A stretch of DNA of 64,000 nt from an uncultured Gemmatimonadales bacterium. GTDB lineage: Bacteria > Gemmatimonadota > Gemmatimonadetes > Longimicrobiales > Longimicrobiaceae. The translations under genes were made by a program, and so were the position numbers. The DNA is taken from contig OY970303.1 in NCBI GenBank assembly GCA_963716255.1, forward strand, positions 2,432,001-2,496,000. The letters run 5' to 3'. Of this stretch, positions 58,770 to 64,000 are shown one piece after another; the stretch's first letter is position 1, and every line of letters starts with the position of its first letter. The notes below the pieces were generated by a model. That model searched no databases, was not told the DNA's origin, and saw nothing but the letters and a program-made list of their open reading frames with translations.

Positions 58770-58859
58770 GTCCACACCACCGCGACACCCCGGCACAGCT
58801 CTTCCATCGACACCCGCGGCTCGACAGACCGACCGCCCCGCAGCCGGAGCAGCCAACCC

Positions 58860-60677
58860 ATGGCCGACGAAAAGCCTTCCTTCACGCGCCAGCTCTTCAG
58901 CGGCGTGATCGACGACGACATCCTCCTCCCCTATCCGCGCATCACCGCCGACGAGAACCGCCGCGTGGAGGCGTTCCTGAAACAGCTGCGCGACTACTGC
59001 GAGGCCCACGTGGACCGCGAGTGGATCGACGAGCACGAGCGCATCCCGGACAACGTCGTCGAGGAACTGAAGCGCATGGGCCTGTTCGGCATCTCCATCC
59101 CGGTGGAATTCGGCGGGATGGGATTGTCGCAGAGCGCCTACTGCCGCGTGTTCGAGTTCATCACCGGCTACGACGTGGGGCTGGCGATCATGCTGGGGGT
59201 GCACCTTTCCATCGGCATCAAGGGGATCCAGCTCGCCGGCAGCGACGCGCAGAAACAGCTGTACCTCCCCAAGGCGGCCACGGGGGAGTGGTTCGCCTCC
59301 TTCGCGCTGACCGAGCCGCTGGCCGGGAGCGACGCGCAGGGGATCCGCTCGCGCGCCGAGCCCGCCGGAGATGGGAGCTGGGTGCTGAACGGCAGCAAGA
59401 TCTGGATCGGCAACGGCTCGTTCTCGCAGGTGATCGTGGCCTTTGCGCAGACGCCCGTGGAGCGCGACGGAAAGACCGTGGACCGGGTGAGCGCCTTCAT
59501 CCTGCGGCCGGACATGCCGGGCTACGAGCGCGGGCCGGAGCTGCGGAAGATGGGGGCGCGCGGATCCAACCAGGCGGAGCTGCACTTCCGCGACGTGCGC
59601 GTCCCCCCGGAGAACGTGCTGGGCGTTCCCGGCGAGGGCTTCAAGATCGCCATGCGGGTGCTCAACTCGGGGCGGCAGGGGTTGTCGGCGGGGGCGGCGG
59701 GGGGGATCAAGGGGGCGCTGCGCATGGCGACCACGTACGCCCGCGAGCGCGAGCAGTTCGGCGCGCCCATCGCCAGCTACGAGCTGATCCAGGGGAAGCT
59801 GGCGGCCATGGCGGCGGACGCGCTCACGGCGGAGAGCGTGGCGTACTTCACCACCGGGCTGGCGGACCGCGGCGACGTGGACTACGCGCTGGAGTCCGCC
59901 GCGGCAAAGGTGTGGAACTCGGACGCGCTGGACCGCGCGGTGGACGAAGTGGTGCAGATCGCGGGGGGGCGCGGCTTCGTGAAGGGGTACCCGTACGAGC
60001 GCATGTACCGCGACGCGCGCATCACCCGCATCTTCGAGGGGACCAACGAGGTGCTGCGGCTGTTCGTGGGGCTCTCGGGGATGCAGGAGCCGGGGGAGCG
60101 GCTGCGGGAGATCGGCGCGGCTCTTCGCGAGCCCATCACCCAGCTGGGGCTGCTCACCGACTTCGCGGCGGACCGGGTGCGGCTGGCGCTGGGGCGGGGG
60201 GAGCCGGCGGTGCAGCGCGAGGTGCACCCCCGGCTGAAGGCGCACTTCGACTACCTGGTGGAGCACACCCGCGACCTGCGCGTGGCGACCGAGCGGGTGA
60301 TCCGCCGCTTCGGGAGCCGGGTGGTGGACCGGCAGTTCGTGGTCGCGCGCGTCGCGGACATGGCGACGGAGCTGTACGTGCGGGCGGCGACCCTGTCGCG
60401 GGTGCAGGCGGTGCTGGAGGCGCACGGCGCGGGGGAGGCGGAAACGCCGGCGCTCGCCGGGCCGCCCGTGCCGCTGGACGACGCGGCCGTGGAGCGGCTG
60501 CTGCGCCTCACCGACCTGGCGGTGCAGCGCTCGGGGCTGCGCTTCCGCGACGCGCGCGAGGCGCTGAACGACGCGCGCGACGACCTGGTGCGGGAGGTGG
60601 CTGCGGACGTGCTGCGGACGGAGGACGCGGCGGCGGGCCCGGCCCCCGCGGTGGAGGCGGGCGCGGCGTCGCGCTAG
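58860..60677 (+). CDS. Acyl-CoA dehydrogenase (VLCAD/ACAD9-like)
   Basis: FALTEPLAGSDA, NGSKIWIGN, RIFEGTNE. Confidence 0.95.
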   Translation: MADEKPSFTRQLFSGVIDDDILLPYPRITADENRRVEAFLKQLRDYCEAHVDREWIDEHERIPDNVVEELKRMGLFGISIPVEFGGMGLSQSAYCRVFEFITGYDVGLAIMLGVHLSIGIKGIQLAGSDAQKQLYLPKAATGEWFASFALTEPLAGSDAQGIRSRAEPAGDGSWVLNGSKIWIGNGSFSQVIVAFAQTPVERDGKTVDRVSAFILRPDMPGYERGPELRKMGARGSNQAELHFRDVRVPPENVLGVPGEGFKIAMRVLNSGRQGLSAGAAGGIKGALRMATTYAREREQFGAPIASYELIQGKLAAMAADALTAESVAYFTTGLADRGDVDYALESAAAKVWNSDALDRAVDEVVQIAGGRGFVKGYPYERMYRDARITRIFEGTNEVLRLFVGLSGMQEPGERLREIGAALREPITQLGLLTDFAADRVRLALGRGEPAVQREVHPRLKAHFDYLVEHTRDLRVATERVIRRFGSRVVDRQFVVARVADMATELYVRAATLSRVQAVLEAHGAGEAETPALAGPPVPLDDAAVERLLRLTDLAVQRSGLRFRDAREALNDARDDLVREVAADVLRTEDAAAGPAPAVEAGAASR

Positions 60678-61039
60678 AGGAGGCTGCGCACCTCGGCCAG
60701 GACGCGGCTGGGGCCGCAGGGCTTGGTGAGCACCCGGGCGCCGGTGCGCAGCAGCGCCTCCGCCCAGGCGTCCGGCACCAGGTGCGCCGTCAGGGCGATC
60801 ACCGGGATGCCGGAGGTCTCGGGGGCCTCGTGGAGGCGCTCGGGGAGCATCTTGCCGCCCTCGGCCCAGGGAAACAGCTCGGTGAGGATGACGTCCGGCC
60901 CCTGCTCGCGCGCCAGGTGCAGTCCCTCCTCGTCGTCGCCGGCCTCCAGCACCCGGAACCCGCAGTGCGAGAGCAGCGTCGCGTACACGACGCGGCTGTC
61001 CTTGTGCGGATCGACGAGGAGCACGGTCTTCGGGACCAT
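60674..61039 (-). CDS. Single-domain atypical receiver protein
   Basis: LLVDPH, PDVILTE (Glu at the phospho-Asp site), IALTA, TKP. Confidence 0.85.
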   Translation of the reverse strand: MVPKTVLLVDPHKDSRVVYATLLSHCGFRVLEAGDDEEGLHLAREQGPDVILTELFPWAEGGKMLPERLHEAPETSGIPVIALTAHLVPDAWAEALLRTGARVLTKPCGPSRVLAEVRSLL

Positions 61040-61332
61040 GGGGCACCGGGGGACGAAGGAAGCGGAGCGGGCGGAGCGCCGCGGGGGAGAAGGGATCTCC
61101 CGCGGGTGGAAGTGTGGGGACCGGACTGGCTGGATGCGCCGAAGTTAGCGCGCCGCACCCGGAAGTGCAAGCTTTCCGGCTGCGACACAAAATCGTAGCA
61201 CCATGCGAATCATCGGGTTACGCCGGCACAGGTCCGTGAACGATTCGCATAATTCCGGAAACACCTGGCAAGGAATGCAGCGTCAAGGCCGTGCGGGAGG
61301 CATGTTTGCCGCCTCGCGGGGGGACTATGCGC

Positions 61333-62220
61333 TCACTCCGGCTGCTTCTCCGGCTCGGCGGGCCAGGCGTACGCGTCCAGGACCTCGCCATACTCCCCGA
61401 ACAGCCCGGGGGGCGCGGGCCGCTTCCCGCCCTCCACCAGCGCCTGGAGCATCACGGTGTTGGTGATCCCCTTGCCGCGGTAGTGGTTGTTGGTGACCAC
61501 GAACACCTCCTCGGTCCGCGGCTCGGCGGCGATCTCCCTGGCCCGCTCCGCCCAGGGCTTCAGCTCCTGCGCGGAGTACAGGTAGTCGTAGCGCTCGTGC
61601 GGCGCGGCCTTGTCGCGGAACCAGTCCTGGTAGTTGCGGCCGTGCACCCGCACGTAGCCCACGGACGAGGTGGCGTGCGCGCTGGGGGCGATGGAATCGT
61701 GGAAGAGCGGCTGGTCGATGTTGACGAAGCCGATCCCCCGCTCCGCCAGCCCCCGGAAGAGCTCGGGCGTGTTCCAGCTCTCGTGGCGCACCTCCAGCAC
61801 CAGCGGAAAGTCCGAGAAGGTGCGGGCCAGGTCGTCCAGCCACTCGCGGTTCTCGTCCGTGCGCCGGAACGACCAGGGAAACTGGAGGAGGAGGGCGCCC
61901 AGCTTCCCCTGGTCCAACATGGGGTCGAAGGCGGCGCGCGCCTCGGCCACCTCGGCGTGCGTCCAGGCTTCCCTGCGCTGGTGCGTGAAGCGCTGCCACA
62001 GCTTCGCGGTGAAGCGGAAGTCCGGGTTGAAGCGGACCCGCCGCAGCCACGCCTCGGCCACCTCGCGGCGGGCGGGCCGGTAGAAGGTGGAGTTCACTTC
62101 CACCGTGTCGAAGTAGCCCGCGATGTACTGGAGCTCGTCGAACCCCTTCGGCTTGGGCCGCGGATAGACGATCCCCGCCCAGTCGGCGTAGCTCCACCCC
62201 GCGGGGCCGAAACGGATCAC
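61333..62220 (-). CDS. DUF72 family protein
   Basis: GPAGWSYADW, VEVNSTFY, YVRVHGRN, TNNHY. Confidence 0.9.
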   Translation of the reverse strand: MIRFGPAGWSYADWAGIVYPRPKPKGFDELQYIAGYFDTVEVNSTFYRPARREVAEAWLRRVRFNPDFRFTAKLWQRFTHQRREAWTHAEVAEARAAFDPMLDQGKLGALLLQFPWSFRRTDENREWLDDLARTFSDFPLVLEVRHESWNTPELFRGLAERGIGFVNIDQPLFHDSIAPSAHATSSVGYVRVHGRNYQDWFRDKAAPHERYDYLYSAQELKPWAERAREIAAEPRTEEVFVVTNNHYRGKGITNTVMLQALVEGGKRPAPPGLFGEYGEVLDAYAWPAEPEKQPE

Positions 62221-62480
62221 CGGGTCATTCCTCCCCCGCCGGAGCGGAGGGCGTGGAGCAGGGACGGTTGCGTCGCATCGGCCAGGCCGGCTCGCGTTGG
62301 GGGTGCCATATACCGTTTAGCCGCATGCGGATTTGCATACCCCATGCCGCGCGCGGCATGGCGCGGGGGCCCTGAAACCGCGCATGCGCGGGCCCGAGTG
62401 CCGGAGCGAAACAACCGGCGGGCGGAGCGGTACGAGAAGGGGAGTGGAGCGAAGGTGGGAGCATTCTCGGAGGACGACCC

Positions 62481-63199
62481 ATGATCAGACCAAACGTGAG
62501 GGCTTCGTTCGGACGCGGGGAAGCGGAGTTCCTGCTGGCGCTGGCCGGCCCGGAGGGAGAAGGGCGGCTGCGGGAGGAGGGGCTGGACTCGCTCCTCGAC
62601 GACCCGCGCCTGCTGCGGGCCTTCCTGCAGCGGGGGGCGTCAGCCGGGCTCCGGCGCCGCTGGTGTTCTACCTGCTGGTGCGGCACGCCCTGCTGGAGCG
62701 GGAGATCGCCGACCGGCGCCTGGCCGACTACACCGCGGCGCTGCTGCTGGAGTTCGGCAACGCCGGGCGGGCGCACCGGCCGGACGCCGCGCACGACGAC
62801 AACTTCCGCTACCTGGCGGACATCGTGGCCGCGCTGGAGGAGGCGCGGGGGGAGCGCGAGTTCCAGCTGCGCGTGCACCTGGGCAACTTCGCGCTCTGGC
62901 TGGCGGGGGTGTTCCCCGACCACATCACGCACCGGGTGCAGCGCCGCGGCGCACCGCCCCTGTCGTACTACGACGAGATGGGCGCCATCGGCTTCCGCAC
63001 CGCGGCGGCGACCGAGGGAGCGCTCCGGCAGGGGATGGGGGACCTGCTGCTCCGCTTCTCCGACGAGTTCAGCAACGTGCGGGCGGCGCTCAACACCCTT
63101 TCCGACGCGCTCTTCTTCCCGCAGCCCCGCGACGGCGTGGAGCGGGTGCTGCGCGAGGTGGCGGACCGCTTTCACCGGGGGCCGCGGCGGGGGGGGTGA
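62481..63199 (+). pseudogene. Hypothetical protein split by a frameshift in a G6 run (62632-62637)
   Basis: MIRPNVRASFGR...LDSLLDDPRL in one frame continues as GVSRAPAPLVFYLLVRHALLE...LGNFALWLAGVFPD in another; adding one G joins them. Confidence 0.75.
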
Positions 63200-63358
63200 G
63201 TGCGGGAGGACTGCGGGGGCGGGGCGGGCGGCGCGGGGCCGTTCCGCCCCGCATGCGTTTCCGGGCGGACGGTGCGCGAGACACCACGATGCGCGTATAT
63301 TGGGTCTGTCGCGCGGCGCCCGCCGCACGGGAGTGAAACGCAGCCGCGGAACGACACC

Positions 63359-63802
63359 TTGAGCCACTCCGAATCCCAGGGCATCCCCGCCGAGACCGCC
63401 CGGATGCTCCTGCGCCGCGCCCGCGAGGCGCGAGTCCACGCCTACGTCCCCTACTCGCACTTTCCCGTGGGCGCCGCCCTGCTCGCAGACGGCGGCGAGG
63501 TGTTCACCGGCTGCAACGTGGAGAACGCTTCCTTCGGCCTCACCAACTGTGCCGAGCGGGTGGCCATCGGCAAGGCGGTCTCGGAGGGGGTGCGCGGCTT
63601 CCGCGCGGTGGCGGTGGTGGGCCCGCAGGACGACGCCCCGTGCGCCCCGTGCGGCGCATGCCGCCAGGTGCTCCACGAGTTCGGCCCGGAGATGGTGGTG
63701 GTGATGCCGCGCGGCGACGGCTACTCGCTGACGACCATGCGCGAGCTGCTCCCCGGGGCCTTCGACGAGAGCCGCCTGGCCGGCGCTGAGCCCCGCGGAT
63801 GA
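63359..63802 (+). CDS. cdd: Cytidine deaminase
   Basis: AYVPYSHFPVGAA, GCNVENAS, CAER, PCGACRQ; start uncertain. Confidence 0.93.
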   Translation: MSHSESQGIPAETARMLLRRAREARVHAYVPYSHFPVGAALLADGGEVFTGCNVENASFGLTNCAERVAIGKAVSEGVRGFRAVAVVGPQDDAPCAPCGACRQVLHEFGPEMVVVMPRGDGYSLTTMRELLPGAFDESRLAGAEPRG

Positions 63803-64000
63803 GCGGCGCACCGAACGTCGTCGCGCTCATCGACCGCAAGAAGCGCGGGGGCGAGCTGACGGAGGACGAGATCCGCTTCCTGCTGGAAGGGTTCGTGGCG
63901 AAGCGCATCCCCGACTACCAGCTGTCCGCCTGGCTCATGGCGGTGGTGTGGCGGGGGATGACGGAGGGGGAGACGCTGGCGCTCACCCGGGCCATGGTGG
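63799..64000 (+). CDS. pdp: Pyrimidine-nucleoside/thymidine phosphorylase, 5' part
   Basis: IDRKKRGGELTEDEI...IPDYQLSAWLMAV..RGM...ET.ALTRAM; coupled to cdd. Confidence 0.92.
   Translation, partial: MSGAPNVVALIDRKKRGGELTEDEIRFLLEGFVAKRIPDYQLSAWLMAVVWRGMTEGETLALTRAMV

Noticed and set aside
24502..62220. Two DUF72 genes as a linked system
   Set aside because: They are divergent paralogues 36 kb apart, and multiple copies are common.
1..64000. tRNA or rRNA genes
   Set aside because: No cloverleaf/T-loop or rRNA signatures recognised by eye.

Overview
High-GC bacterial chromosomal segment. Gene content and style suggest Gemmatimonadota, Longimicrobium-like (inference). Left to right: the 5' part of a FAAL-initiated NRPS (minus strand, runs off the edge); an integron-integrase remnant; a ~3.3 kb lower-GC islet (ATPase-nuclease plus unknown ORFs) bracketed by a diverged duplicate of the 3' end of an M14 peptidase gene; a cobalamin-riboswitch-led btuFCDB/cobS/cobD/cobC cluster whose CobS and CobD lack canonical catalytic residues; signalling genes, nfo, peptidases and lipoproteins; an orphan holin; a small lipoprotein-like propeptide with four N-x-G-T-x-G-S-G-[YHL] repeats convergent with a TPR protein (candidate peptide-receptor pair); four minor type IV pilin genes; a PAS kinase, a DUF5916-type outer membrane protein, an acyl-CoA dehydrogenase, cdd and the start of pdp. 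Intergenic DNA holds two ~150-nt repeat families (8 and 4 copies) built from a shared hairpin module with a conserved GGCWGTTT-type loop and covarying stems, plus BoxC-like repeats. All calls come from reading motifs by eye; no database search was run.
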